The notes below the pieces were generated by a model. The model ran no database searches. It was not told the origin of the DNA and saw only the letters and a program-made list of their open reading frames with translations. Shown one piece after another: positions 1-10,337 of a stretch of DNA of 52,588 nt. The DNA comes from Desulfobacteraceae bacterium (GTDB lineage: Bacteria; Desulfobacterota; Desulfobacteria; Desulfobacterales; JAABSP01), in assembly GCA_011390065.1 (NCBI GenBank), contig JAABTD010000008.1, positions 1 through 52,588 of the forward strand. The letters run 5' to 3'. The position numbers were made by a program, and so were the translations under genes. Positions within the stretch are counted from its first letter, which is position 1; every line of letters begins with the position of its first letter.

Positions 1-1
1 T

Positions 2-814
2 CGGAACCTTGCCATCGACAAGGTGGGCATCAAAAATCTCCGCTATCCCATCACGGTGCTCGACCGGGCAAAGGGGCGGCAGCACACCGTCGCCACCATC
101 AACATGTATGTGGATCTTCCCGACAAGTATAAGGGAACCCACATGAGCCGCTTCGTGGAGATGCTCCACATCTTCCGGCAAGAAGTCTCTCTGAAGAAGT
201 TCGCCATGATTCTCGATGAGATGAAATCCCACCTGAACGCCGAATCCGCCCACATCGAGGTCACCTTCCCCTATTTCATGGAAAAGCTCGCGCCCGTCAG
301 CGAGGCCCCGGGGTTGATGGACTATACCTGTTCCATCATCGGGTCCAGCGATTCCGACGGCAATGTGGATCTCATCTCCGAGGTGGTGGTGCCCATCTCC
401 TCGGTCTGCCCCTGTTCCAAAGAAATCAGCGACGGCGGCGCCCACAACCAGAGAGGCGAGGTCCGGTTGAGCATCCGGTTCAAACGATTCATCTGGATGG
501 AGGACATGATCGAACTGGTGGAGCGGTGCGCTTCTTGCGAAGTCTATTCCATCTTAAAGCGGGTCGACGAAAAATACGTTACGGAGCGCGGATTCCAGAA
601 TCCCAAATTCGTGGAAGACATTGTCCGGGACATCGCCACCCGGCTCAAAGCCGACGAAAACATCACCTGGTTCACGGTAAGCGCCGAGAACTTCGAGTCG
701 ATCCACAATCACAGCGCCTACGCATCCATCACCAGCGGTGAAAAACTGAAGAGCAAGATCCTAATCCAGGATGTCTACGATCTCTGCGAGTGCGGCGGCC
801 AGACGCCGGGCTGA
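2..814 (+). CDS. folE2: GTP cyclohydrolase I type B (FolE2), 5' end outside the window
   Basis: The frame is open from the window start (RNLAIDKVGIK). Motifs KGTHMSRF, CPCSKEIS-GAHNQR, NPKFVED and ESIHNHSAYA are present. The 3' end overlaps convergent dacB by 54 bp. Confidence 0.95.
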   Translation, partial: RNLAIDKVGIKNLRYPITVLDRAKGRQHTVATINMYVDLPDKYKGTHMSRFVEMLHIFRQEVSLKKFAMILDEMKSHLNAESAHIEVTFPYFMEKLAPVSEAPGLMDYTCSIIGSSDSDGNVDLISEVVVPISSVCPCSKEISDGGAHNQRGEVRLSIRFKRFIWMEDMIELVERCASCEVYSILKRVDEKYVTERGFQNPKFVEDIVRDIATRLKADENITWFTVSAENFESIHNHSAYASITSGEKLKSKILIQDVYDLCECGGQTPG

Positions 815-1981
815 CCGCCCGGGCGTGTTGACCAGCGCCGCGAAAGGGTAGCGCGCTCCTCCCTTCGACACGATGTACCCCGCCAGCGTGTTGATTCCGC
901 TCAATGTTCCCGTTTTGAAATAAAGATTCCCTTCCCGGCGCATGAGCCGGAAATGGGGCGCAAAGGCCGCCAGAACCCGGCCCATTTCGTGGGCCGATAT
1001 CCGGTTGGCTCGGGAGATCCCCGACCCCTCCGCCAGTTGGAACCCCTCCAGATTCAGCACTTCCCTGCCGTATTGCCGGCTCGCCCGAAGCCCTTTTTCC
1101 AGGGTCCCCGGCGGGCCGTAGGCCGCGACGCCGGCGGCCGCCAGGACTTGATTGGCGATGAAATTATTAGAATGTTCCAAAAGTTTCGAAAGGATCTCCG
1201 CCAGAGTGAAAGGAGATTGGTACCGCAGCACCAGCCGGTCGGCCTTCGGATCCACCCGTCCGATTCGGACGGTTTCTCCGCCCTTCGCCCCGGCCGCTTT
1301 CAGGAAATGACGGATGAGATGGCCGGCATAAAGGGTCGCCTCGTCCGCTTCCTGTGAGAGAATAATCCGGCCGCCCTTTCCTCCCCGGGATTTGATGCGC
1401 TGGACTGCAAAATCCAGCAACGGGGTCTGGGGCTCGGCGCTGACGAGGCGGCCGTTGGCTTGCCGGAAACAGACGGTGTTGAAATTAGCGCAGAGGGCCC
1501 CGTTGGGGGCGTCATAGGGGTTGAGCGTGGAGGTGACCCCCGGTATGACGATGGGGGCGAAATGAGAGCCGTCCAACACCAGATCCCGGTACCCGGCCGT
1601 TTTCACCGCCACCTGTCGGGCCAGGTCGGCGATGACTTCGGATATCAGCAGCGGGTCCCCGTAGCCCTTGATTTTCAGATTGCGGTCCTCATCCATATAG
1701 ACTTCGGTGACGAAGCGATGATCGGATCCCAGGTAGTGCAGGGCTGTCAGGGCGGTGAAGATTTTGAGGGTGGAGGCGGGGATCAGGGGCCGGTCTCCAT
1801 TTTGGGAAAACACCACCGTTCCCTCTTCATCGGAGAGGAGAACCCCGTCTCTGGGCCCGATCCGGTTGCGAAGGGCGTCAAACGGGTCGGCCGCCGCAGA
1901 TCGGGGCGTCCAGATCATCGGCAGGAGCAGGATCAGGAGGAAGACCGCAGCGCCGGTTTTCCGAAAGGAGGAGGGGGTCAC
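761..1981 (-). CDS. dacB: D-alanyl-D-alanine carboxypeptidase/endopeptidase (peptidase S13, PBP4)
   Basis: PASTLK (SxxK), HSNN (SxN) and KTGTL (KTG) motifs, plus GYGDP. The start is placed at GTG 1981, which overlaps the dtd stop (GTGA) and is followed by a signal peptide. Confidence 0.9.
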   Translation of the reverse strand: MTPSSFRKTGAAVFLLILLLPMIWTPRSAAADPFDALRNRIGPRDGVLLSDEEGTVVFSQNGDRPLIPASTLKIFTALTALHYLGSDHRFVTEVYMDEDRNLKIKGYGDPLLISEVIADLARQVAVKTAGYRDLVLDGSHFAPIVIPGVTSTLNPYDAPNGALCANFNTVCFRQANGRLVSAEPQTPLLDFAVQRIKSRGGKGGRIILSQEADEATLYAGHLIRHFLKAAGAKGGETVRIGRVDPKADRLVLRYQSPFTLAEILSKLLEHSNNFIANQVLAAAGVAAYGPPGTLEKGLRASRQYGREVLNLEGFQLAEGSGISRANRISAHEMGRVLAAFAPHFRLMRREGNLYFKTGTLSGINTLAGYIVSKGGARYPFAALVNTPGRSARRLAAALAEIVDILD

Positions 1982-2418
1982 GGGCTCTCCACGATCAGGG
2001 TGACCGGTCCGTCGTTGACCAGGGATACGGCCATCATAGCGCCAAATCGGCCCGTTGCCACTTCGATCCCCTTTTCCGAGACTTTCCGGGCGAAGCATTC
2101 GTACAGGACCTCGGCCGTTTCAGGATCGGCCGCGTTCAGGAAGGAGGGACGCCGGCCTTTGCGGCAATCCCCCAGAAGCGTGAACTGAGAGACCACCATC
2201 ATCCGGCCCCCGACATCCGCCAGGGAGCGGTTCATCTTTCCCTTGTCGTCCTCGAAGATCCGCAGGCCGACGATCTTATCCACCAGATAGTCGACGTCCG
2301 TTTCGATGTCGCCCCTGCCCACGCCCAAGAGCACCAGAAGCCCCGCGTCGATGCGGCCGACGGTCTCGCCCCCGACGGCGACGGCGCTCTCGGACACCCG
2401 TTGAATAACAGCGATCAT
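1978..2418 (-). CDS. dtd: D-aminoacyl-tRNA deacylase
   Basis: [26 protein letters not shown] and NDGPVT signature motifs. Confidence 0.97.
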   Translation of the reverse strand: MIAVIQRVSESAVAVGGETVGRIDAGLLVLLGVGRGDIETDVDYLVDKIVGLRIFEDDKGKMNRSLADVGGRMMVVSQFTLLGDCRKGRRPSFLNAADPETAEVLYECFARKVSEKGIEVATGRFGAMMAVSLVNDGPVTLIVESP

Positions 2419-4700
2419 GATCGGTTGCCCTCCTTTCGGGCGGCTTGTTTTCCGAAGGCGTCGGCAAATGGAGTGTTGAAAGGCCGTTCCGTCCGATCGG
2501 ATTTTTTGGGGGGCTTCTTGGGCATGCCGGTCCGGACGGGGCGTTGGTCTTTCCCCGTGGAAGGGGCGTCTCCTTCATCGGGGCTGGACTTCATGGAAAG
2601 CGAGATCCGTTTCCGGTCGATGTCCACCGCCAAAACTGCAACGGAGACTTTCTGATGGACTTTGACCACCTGGGCCGGGTCCTTGATGAACCGGTCCGCC
2701 AGCTGGCTGATATGCACCAGCCCGTCCTGGTGGACCCCGATGTCCACGAAGGCCCCGAAGGCGGTCACATTGGTGACGATCCCCGGCAGCCGCATCCCCG
2801 GTTCAAGGTCGGCCATCTTCTGAACTCCGCTGTCGAAGGCAAAGGCCTCGAATTGTTCCCGGGGGTCTCGCCCCGGCTTGGCCAGTTCCGCCAGAATGTC
2901 CTGGAGCGTCGGCAGTCCCACGGCGTCGGTGACGAAATCCGGCAGTTGGATTTGCTTTCGCAGGGCTTCTTCTTTCATCAGGTCCGACACAGTGCAGTCC
3001 AGAGACCGGGCCATGTGTTCCACAACGGGATAGCTTTCCGGGTGAACGGCGCTGGCGTCCAGGGGATTTTTCCCTTCCTGGATCCGTAAAAAGCCGGCGG
3101 ACTGTTCAAACGCCTTAGGGCCGAGCCGCTTGACCTTTTTCAATTCCTTCCGGCCGGTGAAAGGGCCGTGTTCGTCCCGGTGGGTCACGATGTTTTTCGC
3201 CAGGGCCGGGCCGAGTCCGGAGACGTAAGAGAGCAACTGGGCGCTGGCCCGGTTGACGTCCACCCCCACGCTGTTGACGCAACTCACCACGACGTCGTCA
3301 AGGGACTGCTTCAGGGCGGTTGCGTCCACATCATGCTGGTACTGGCCCACCCCGATGGATTTGGGATCGATTTTGACCAGTTCCGACAGCGGATCCATGA
3401 GCCGCCGGCCGATGGAGATCGCGCCCCGAACCGTCAGGTCGAGATCCGGAAACTCTTCCCGGGCCGCCCCGGACGCCGAATAGATGGAAGCGCCGCTCTC
3501 GTTGACCATCGCCACCTGAACAGGGTGCGGAAAGGTCAGGGTCTTGAGAAAGGTTTCCGTCTCCCGACCGGCGGTTCCGTTGCCGATCGCGACGGCCTCC
3601 ACCCGGTAGGTCTCCACCAGATGGGAGAGCAGACGCGAGGCCTTTTCCGGCGCATGAAGGTAAAATACATCATGGTGAAGGAGTTTGCCCTGTCGATCAA
3701 GGCAGACGACCTTGCACCCGGTTCGAAATCCGGGATCGACCCCCATCACGCGCCTGGCGCCCAGGGGCGGGGCCAGAAGGAGCTGCCGGAGGTTCCCGGC
3801 AAAGACCCGGATGGCCTCGGCATCGGCCCGCGTCTTGGTCATCAGGCGGATTTCGGTTTCCATGGACCGGGAGAGGAGCCGCCGATAACCGTCCTCTATG
3901 GCGGCGGCCACCTGCTCGGCGTCCGGACCGGTCCCTTTGAGAAAGAGGCCTTTGAGCATTTCCAGGGCGGTCGCTTCATCCGGCGTCATGGTCAGGTTGA
4001 GGACATCTTCCTTCTCCCCCCGCCGCATGGCCAGAATCCGATGGGAGGGGGCTTCTCTGACCGGTTCTTCCCAGTCGAAATAGTCCTTGTATTTGGCGCC
4101 GTCCGCTTCAGAGGCGGCGGCCCGCACCGACCGGATGATCCCCTGCTCTGCAAAAAGCCGGCGCAGCTTGCCTCGGGCCGTCTCGTCCTCGTTGACCCAC
4201 TCGGCGATGATGTCCCGCGCCCCGGCCAGGGCCGATTCGACGGTTTCCGCGCCTTTTTCGGCATCCACGAATTCTTCGGCGGCGGCCGCCGGATCAATGC
4301 CCGTCTGTTCAAACAGTGCCCGGGCCAGGGGTTCCAACCCTTTTTCTCTGGCCATGGTTGCCCGGGTGCGTCGTTTGGGCCGATAGGGAAGGTAGACGTC
4401 CTCCAGGACCGCCAGGGTGTCGGCGGCCATGACCTTTTCCTTGAGCGGCTCGGTGAGATGGCCGTTGGTTTCCAGGGATTTGAGGATGGCTTCCCGCCGT
4501 CCGTCCAATTCGGCCAGGCTGTTCAAGCGGTCCCGGATAGACGTTATCTCGACTTCGTCCAGACTGCCGGTGACCTCCTTTCGGTAACGGGCGACAAAGG
4601 GGACGGTGGCGCCGTCTGCCAGCAGATCGGCCACGGATTGGACCCGGGCCGCATCCAGTCCCTGTTCCGCGGCGATTTTTTGAATGTGCGTTCGGTTCAT
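2415..4700 (-). CDS. tex: Tex/YhgF family RNA-binding transcriptional accessory protein (YqgF, HhH and S1 domains)
   Basis: [32 protein letters not shown] and the C-terminal S1 motif [21 protein letters not shown] 4700 follows AAGGAAAG. Confidence 0.95.
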   Translation of the reverse strand: MNRTHIQKIAAEQGLDAARVQSVADLLADGATVPFVARYRKEVTGSLDEVEITSIRDRLNSLAELDGRREAILKSLETNGHLTEPLKEKVMAADTLAVLEDVYLPYRPKRRTRATMAREKGLEPLARALFEQTGIDPAAAAEEFVDAEKGAETVESALAGARDIIAEWVNEDETARGKLRRLFAEQGIIRSVRAAASEADGAKYKDYFDWEEPVREAPSHRILAMRRGEKEDVLNLTMTPDEATALEMLKGLFLKGTGPDAEQVAAAIEDGYRRLLSRSMETEIRLMTKTRADAEAIRVFAGNLRQLLLAPPLGARRVMGVDPGFRTGCKVVCLDRQGKLLHHDVFYLHAPEKASRLLSHLVETYRVEAVAIGNGTAGRETETFLKTLTFPHPVQVAMVNESGASIYSASGAAREEFPDLDLTVRGAISIGRRLMDPLSELVKIDPKSIGVGQYQHDVDATALKQSLDDVVVSCVNSVGVDVNRASAQLLSYVSGLGPALAKNIVTHRDEHGPFTGRKELKKVKRLGPKAFEQSAGFLRIQEGKNPLDASAVHPESYPVVEHMARSLDCTVSDLMKEEALRKQIQLPDFVTDAVGLPTLQDILAELAKPGRDPREQFEAFAFDSGVQKMADLEPGMRLPGIVTNVTAFGAFVDIGVHQDGLVHISQLADRFIKDPAQVVKVHQKVSVAVLAVDIDRKRISLSMKSSPDEGDAPSTGKDQRPVRTGMPKKPPKKSDRTERPFNTPFADAFGKQAARKEGNRS

Positions 4701-4790
4701 GCTTTCCTTTCTTGAAATGCAATGCTGTGGGCGCATGATCTACATCAGAGAGACGGTTGAAGTCAAGGGGCGATAAAAGCGCCTTTGGAC

Positions 4791-4819
4791 TTGACCGGCA
4801 TTGGCGGCTCTGGTATTGA
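4791..4819 (+). promoter_or_regulatory. Candidate sigma70 promoter for the lipoprotein-DUF350-speE cluster
   Basis: TTGACC-N17-TATTGA; the -10 match is imperfect. Confidence 0.35.
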
Positions 4820-4859
4820 ACTGTAATTATAAATTGAAAAGTTCCTCAGAGGAGCATCC

Positions 4860-5573
4860 ATGGAACGAGCCAAAAAAATCAAACTGCAGGCCCTCCTGCC
4901 CATGGCGACCATCCTCCTCCTGCTGATGACGACATGGGGGTGCGGTCCGAAACAGCCGCCCCTTGCGAAGATTCGCCAGAAGCTGTCGGACGCATCGACC
5001 TACTCCGTGGTTCTGGAGAACATGAAGCAGGAGGGGACGTTTTTCAAGGATTATTATCACCAGTATGAAATCGCCACGCCGGAAAAGACCTGGGCCACGG
5101 GCTGGCTGAAAGTTCCCAAAAAATTTTACCAGCGGTACGCCATGTACCTGGGCATGACGGTCGCGGGCATGGAAAACGGAGAGCCGTCGACGGTGGCGGC
5201 GCCCCCCGGCTATCAGTATGTGGGAAATCCGCGTTACGGTCACTGGCGGTCGGGTCGGTCGGGTCAATACTGGGCGTTTAACCGGAACACCCCCCTGTAC
5301 AGCACCATGGAACTCGACTCCGACTTTCCGCGCATCTACCGGAATGACTATCGGCAGTATCGGTCCTCTCAATCCAGAGGAGTTCCCTATTTCGGCAGCA
5401 AGGGGCAATTCGGCACACAGGGGTCCTACACGAAAAAAGCCAATCCCGATTTTTTTCAGCGACAACGGGCCAAAGCGAGCATTAAGAGCGCATCCTTTTC
5501 CGAAAAGGTAAGCAAAAGCATCGGCCGGACCCGGACGGGATACAGGGGCCGGGCCGGGGGCAGGGGGAAATAG
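4860..5573 (+). CDS. Hypothetical lipoprotein of the type found in DUF350/speE clusters
   Basis: GAGGAG RBS, signal peptide with lipobox TWGC, PPGYQYVGNPRYGHW motif and an R/G/S-rich basic C-terminus. Confidence 0.75.
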   Translation: MERAKKIKLQALLPMATILLLLMTTWGCGPKQPPLAKIRQKLSDASTYSVVLENMKQEGTFFKDYYHQYEIATPEKTWATGWLKVPKKFYQRYAMYLGMTVAGMENGEPSTVAAPPGYQYVGNPRYGHWRSGRSGQYWAFNRNTPLYSTMELDSDFPRIYRNDYRQYRSSQSRGVPYFGSKGQFGTQGSYTKKANPDFFQRQRAKASIKSASFSEKVSKSIGRTRTGYRGRAGGRGK

Positions 5574-5575
5574 CC

Positions 5576-6424
5576 ATGATCATTCTTGACAGACTGCTGA
5601 CGGCAATCATTTACCTGGTCTTGTTTTATGTGTTGTTTTTCATCGGCAAACTGGTCCATCGGCTGCTCCACCGGGAATACGACCTGAGCGCGGAACTGGT
5701 GGAAAAGGACAATCCGGCCGTGGCCATCGCCCTGACCGGTTATTACCTCGGCATGGTTTTCGCCATCGGCGGCTCCATCGTCGGGCCCAGCTACGGCCTG
5801 GTCATGGACATGGTTTATCTGGGGATTTACGGTCTTCTGGGGATCGTGCTGCTGAACATCTCCTGGTTCCTGTGCGATCTGCTGATACTGAACCGTTTCA
5901 AAATCAGCGAGGAACTCATCCGGGATCGGAACTGCGGAACCGCCGTGATCTCGTTCGGTATGAGCTTTGCTTCGGGGCTGATCATCTTCGGCTCCATGTC
6001 CGGAGAAGGGGGCGGCATTCTCAGCGCCCTGGCGTTCTGGATTGTCGGCCAGGTCATCCTGGTGATCGCCGGGCGCGTCTACGCCGCCATTATCCCTTAT
6101 GACGTCCATGCGGAAATTGAAAAGGACAATGTTGCCGCGGGCGTGGGGTTCGCCGGGGCTCTGATCGGCATCGGGATCGTGGTGGGTCTGGCCGCCCAGA
6201 CCGAGTTTCAGTCCTGGGCCGAGAGCCTGGGGTCCTATGTCGTCATCGCAGTGGCGGGCCTGATCCTGCTGCCGGCCATCCGTTTTCTCACCGATCTGGT
6301 CCTGATCCCCAACGTCAAGCTGACCGATGAGATCGCCAACCAGGAAATCCCCAACGTGGGGGCCGCTTTCATAGAGGCCTTCTCGTATATTGCGGCGTCC
6401 CTTGTCCTTCTCTGGTGCATCTGA
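5576..6424 (+). CDS. DUF350 membrane protein (multiple DUF350 units)
   Basis: Repeated E-[LI]-x-x-x-N-x-[AG] units each precede a TM helix (ELVEKDNPAVA, ELIRDRNCGTA, EIEKDNVAAG, EIANQEIPNVGAA). Confidence 0.85.
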   Translation: MIILDRLLTAIIYLVLFYVLFFIGKLVHRLLHREYDLSAELVEKDNPAVAIALTGYYLGMVFAIGGSIVGPSYGLVMDMVYLGIYGLLGIVLLNISWFLCDLLILNRFKISEELIRDRNCGTAVISFGMSFASGLIIFGSMSGEGGGILSALAFWIVGQVILVIAGRVYAAIIPYDVHAEIEKDNVAAGVGFAGALIGIGIVVGLAAQTEFQSWAESLGSYVVIAVAGLILLPAIRFLTDLVLIPNVKLTDEIANQEIPNVGAAFIEAFSYIAASLVLLWCI

Positions 6425-7970
6425 TTCCCGCAACTTCGGTCTGGTGCTGAAGGTTGCGCTGTTTGCCACCGGGTGCGCGGGAATCGTCGCGGAATTCGTC
6501 CTGTCCACCCTGGCCACTTATCTGCTGGGAAACGCCATTGTGCAATGGACCGTCGTCATGTCGCTGATGCTTTTCGCCATGGGCGTCGGCAGCCGCATCA
6601 GCCGGTTTTTCCACACCCGCCTTCTGGACGTTTTCGTGGCCATTGAGTTCGGTCTTTCCATCTTGTGCGCCGTTTCGGCCATCCTTGCCTACACACTGGC
6701 GCCCTTTGTGGACTACTACAACCTGATCATTTATGGCGAAGCCTTCGCCATCGGGGTGCTCATCGGACTGGAGATTCCGCTGGCGACCCGGATGAACGAG
6801 GCCTACGAAGTGTTGCGGGTCAATATTTCCGGCATCATGGAAAAAGATTATTACGGCGCCCTGGCCGGCGGGCTGCTGTTCGCCTTTTTCGCACTCCCCA
6901 ACCTGGGCCTGACTTACACCCCCATTTTGCTGGGATCCATCAATTTTCTGGTGGCTTCGGTCATCCTGTGGCGGTTTTTCGATCTCCTGGAACGGCGGAA
7001 AACCCTGGTCTCGGCTTTCGGCGCCACCCTGACGATCCTGATTTTACTGGGCGTGTTTGCGGAACCGGTCATAACCTACGGCGAGCAGCGGAAGTACATC
7101 GACAAAATCGTCTACGCCGAGCAGACCGCCCACCAGAAAATCGTCATCACCCAGTGGAAGCGCCACTACTGGCTTTACATCAACGGTCAGGAACAGTTTT
7201 CCACCTTTGATGAGGAGCGCTATCACGAGCCGCTGGTCCATCCGGCCATGGTCCTGTCCGCAGATCCTTCCCGGGTGCTGATCCTGGGCGGCGGCGACGG
7301 TCTGGCCCTGCGGGAGGCGTTGAAATACCCGGAGGTGACCGCGGTCACGCTGGTCGACCTCGACCCGGCCATGACCGAGCTGGCCAGAACCCATCCGGTT
7401 CTGCTGACCATCAATGACGGGGCTTTGAACGATCCCCGGGTCACCGTGGTCAACGACGACGCCTACCGATTTCTGGAAGAGAGCGACACATTGTTCGGCG
7501 TTATCATTATCGATTTGCCCGATCCCGACACCGTCGATCTGATGCACGTCTATTCCGTCAGTTTCTATGAGCTGGCGCGCCGTCATCTGATCCGGGGAGG
7601 GGCGGCGGCGACCCAGGCGACCAGCCCCTATTTTTCGGGCCGGGCGTTTCGCTGCATCTTGAAAACCATGGCCGCCGCCGGATTTTCCGTCGCGCCTTAC
7701 CACAATCAGGTGCCGACCATGGGGGAGTGGGGCTGGGTTGTCGGCGTCCGATCCGATGAGGCGGACCCCCCGCTTGTCAAAAAGAGGCTTATGGCGTCCG
7801 ATTTTTCTAAGATCGATTCCCGGTTTCTGAATCGGGACGCCATGGTGTCCATGCTTCATTTCGGGAAAGGGGTTTTGGGAACAGATCTCATGGAAGAAGT
7901 TGACATTAATACGAAAATCAGCCCGGTTCTCTACCGGTATTATCAGGAGGGCGCCTGGGGCGTTTACTGA
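6390..7970 (+). CDS. speE: Membrane-bound polyamine aminopropyltransferase (spermidine synthase with N-terminal TM domain)
   Basis: About 7 TM helices followed by YHEPLVHP, LILGGGDG, VDLDPAM and IIDLPDP. Start uncertain (TTG 6390, TTG 6402 or GTG 6444). Confidence 0.9.
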   Translation: MRRPLSFSGASDSRNFGLVLKVALFATGCAGIVAEFVLSTLATYLLGNAIVQWTVVMSLMLFAMGVGSRISRFFHTRLLDVFVAIEFGLSILCAVSAILAYTLAPFVDYYNLIIYGEAFAIGVLIGLEIPLATRMNEAYEVLRVNISGIMEKDYYGALAGGLLFAFFALPNLGLTYTPILLGSINFLVASVILWRFFDLLERRKTLVSAFGATLTILILLGVFAEPVITYGEQRKYIDKIVYAEQTAHQKIVITQWKRHYWLYINGQEQFSTFDEERYHEPLVHPAMVLSADPSRVLILGGGDGLALREALKYPEVTAVTLVDLDPAMTELARTHPVLLTINDGALNDPRVTVVNDDAYRFLEESDTLFGVIIIDLPDPDTVDLMHVYSVSFYELARRHLIRGGAAATQATSPYFSGRAFRCILKTMAAAGFSVAPYHNQVPTMGEWGWVVGVRSDEADPPLVKKRLMASDFSKIDSRFLNRDAMVSMLHFGKGVLGTDLMEEVDINTKISPVLYRYYQEGAWGVY

Positions 7971-8216
7971 GGAAAAGCGGGATCGGGGAATGAAAGTAGA
8001 GAAATCCTACGCGTGAATACGACCATTCACCCATTGCCGATGTGTGGGGTTTTTGAGATACACGCCTTGATCCGTCAGCGTTTAAAAGCAAAATTGCTTG
8101 ACAATCAAGAGACTTTTCAATAATTATCAAATAGTAAATTAGGGAAATCGAGGGGGCGGTTTGTGGCGCCGAACATGACAACAAAAACGCCAGCATAGAA
8201 AACGGAGAGGGTTCTA

Positions 8217-10259
8217 ATGGTTAAGAGAGAAAAAGATTCCGGTAGGATGGTGTTGCGGTCGGCATGGAAGAAGCTGCTGCTTCTCTCCTGTGTGCTGCTG
8301 CTGATCGGCGGCTGCACCAAGATTCTCAATGATGCGGAACTTGCCGATCATCGGGAGAAGCAGGCCAGGAACGATCTGGAAGTGCTCAAGCCGCCCATGG
8401 ACATCAATTTTGAACAACCCCTTACCCTCGACGACGTCATCCAGATCGGGCTGCACAACAACCTGGAGGTCCGGATCGCCAAGCTGAACCAGGAGATATC
8501 CGACAAGGAGACGCTGGCGCAGCGCCTCAGGATGCTGCCCGGTTTGACGGCGGACGCCCGGTTCGAATATCGGGATCGGCTCCGGAAAAGCGACGTCTAC
8601 AATTGGCGACTGGATGAAGACCAGAAGGATTACACCGTCTCCGAACTCAAGGACAGTCTGCGGGGCAACCTCTCCCTGACCTGGAACGTCCTGGACACCG
8701 CCATGGCCTACGTCCGATCTAACGCCCTGGAGATGCAGGAACAGGTGCTGGAACGGAAACGGATCCGACAGGCCCAGCAATTGGCGCTGGACATTACGGA
8801 AGCCTACTGGCAGGCGGCGGCTCTGGAAGATGCCCTCGATTACGTTCATGCGGTCGAAAAGCGGCTCAAGGCCGTGAAGCGGAAAATCGACAGCGCGGTA
8901 GACGCCAGGGACCTTGATCGCATGGATGCCGCCGAGGCGGAACTTCGCCTCAAGGAACTGGAGTTGACCATCCGGCAGTTGCAGGCCAACCTCTCCTCCT
9001 CCCGGCTGGAACTCTCCCGGCTGCTGGGATTCAACCAGAACGTCCAGTATACGCTGGCCCGGCCGCCCATCAAGCCCATCGTGGCGGCCCTCCCGCATAC
9101 CAAGGAGCTGGACATCGACTCCCTGGAAGAATACGCACTGATCCACCGGCCTGAACTCTATCAGAGCGACATCCAGGTGATGATCCAGAAAGAGGAAGCC
9201 AAACGGGCTTTCCTCAACCTGTTTCCAGGGGTCAGCTTTTTCGCCGCTACGCATTATGACGATAACCGGCTCCTTTACGCCAACACCTGGAATTCGGTGG
9301 GGGCGGGCGTCGGATGGAATCTTCTGGAAATTCCCGCCAACCTGGCCCGTTTGAAGGGTCAGGAGAAAACCATCGATATGGCCGAGGCTCAGCGCCTCAT
9401 GATGACCGTGGGCGTCATTACCCAGGTCCACATCGGGTTGCTGGATTACGCCATCAAGGTGGATCGTTTCCGGTTGCTGGAGGAAACCTATCAACTGGCG
9501 GCCAATCTGCTGGATATGGCCGAGGCCAAGAACAGCGCGGGGCGCCTGCCCGAACTGGCGGTAACACAGCGATATCTTGAGGAGATGGCCGCGAAATTGA
9601 GACGGGACGAGGCGGTGGTGGATATGCTGGTGGCCCATAAACGACTCTGCGTGAGCGTCGGCATGGCGCCCCAGGAATGCGACGGCGCCATGCTGGCCGG
9701 CGGGGCCGGCACTGAATTCGATACCACCCTGGCCGGGGACTTCACCTCCGGTACTTCGACGGATCTGTATGGATCAGAGACCGGGGGGTTCAACAGCACC
9801 GACCTTGGCAGCGGCGATATCGGAACCGGCGCGGGCGTCAGCAACCCGTCAGGGGCTGGCGCCTGGTCGGACAGTTCCGAGTTCGGCGCCGATCTTCCGC
9901 CGGCGGAATGGGAACGTTCCGCAGGCGCGGGTGAAGCTGCGGCCGGATCGAGGTCGGCGGATATGAACGATGAAGGATGGGCCAGCGGCGCATCGGACCG
10001 GTTTCTGTGGAAGGTTCAGATGGGCGCTTTCACTCAGCCCGGGGGCCCCAGCAAGCGGATGGACCAGATCCAGAATATGGATTTACGGTTGCTGGACAAC
10101 CGGGATGCCCGCATCACCACCAAGCGCCTCGGCCCCAGTTTGTTCAACCGGGTCCGGGTGATGGGGCTGACCGAACCCCAGGCAAAAACGCTGGCTCAGG
10201 ATCTGCAGCAAAAGGGGATGGAGTACTGGGTCATCCCGCCGGACAGCAAGCACTGGTAG
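8217..10259 (+). CDS. TolC-family outer-membrane efflux lipoprotein with G/S/T-rich linker and C-terminal SPOR-like domain
   Basis: Lipobox LIGGC. OEP motifs PLTLDDVIQIGLHNNLE, LSLTWNVLD and ALIHRPEL. The C-terminus WKVQMGAF...RVRVMGL..EPQAKTLAQDL resembles SPOR. Alternative start ATG 8247. Confidence 0.85.
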   Translation: MVKREKDSGRMVLRSAWKKLLLLSCVLLLIGGCTKILNDAELADHREKQARNDLEVLKPPMDINFEQPLTLDDVIQIGLHNNLEVRIAKLNQEISDKETLAQRLRMLPGLTADARFEYRDRLRKSDVYNWRLDEDQKDYTVSELKDSLRGNLSLTWNVLDTAMAYVRSNALEMQEQVLERKRIRQAQQLALDITEAYWQAAALEDALDYVHAVEKRLKAVKRKIDSAVDARDLDRMDAAEAELRLKELELTIRQLQANLSSSRLELSRLLGFNQNVQYTLARPPIKPIVAALPHTKELDIDSLEEYALIHRPELYQSDIQVMIQKEEAKRAFLNLFPGVSFFAATHYDDNRLLYANTWNSVGAGVGWNLLEIPANLARLKGQEKTIDMAEAQRLMMTVGVITQVHIGLLDYAIKVDRFRLLEETYQLAANLLDMAEAKNSAGRLPELAVTQRYLEEMAAKLRRDEAVVDMLVAHKRLCVSVGMAPQECDGAMLAGGAGTEFDTTLAGDFTSGTSTDLYGSETGGFNSTDLGSGDIGTGAGVSNPSGAGAWSDSSEFGADLPPAEWERSAGAGEAAAGSRSADMNDEGWASGASDRFLWKVQMGAFTQPGGPSKRMDQIQNMDLRLLDNRDARITTKRLGPSLFNRVRVMGLTEPQAKTLAQDLQQKGMEYWVIPPDSKHW

Positions 10260-10337
10260 GCCGGATGTTCGTCGTAAGTACTCAAGGCCGGAAAATGGGC
10301 CAGAAAATATTAAGCCATAGGGAAGGGAGGAGTCGCC

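Noticed and set aside
740-814. FolE2 C-terminal CxC extension overlapping dacB
   Set aside because: Most simply a lost stop codon reading into the convergent gene; no evidence of function.
3168-4715. Long antisense or alternative-frame ORFs (e.g. 3168..4715, 8214..9638, 24393..25553, 40857..42725, 41351..42811)
   Set aside because: They are shadows of well-supported genes in GC-rich DNA and carry no recognisable motifs.
8098-8126. TTGACA upstream of the TolC gene
   Set aside because: No convincing -10 hexamer at 16-18 bp spacing, so not listed as a feature.
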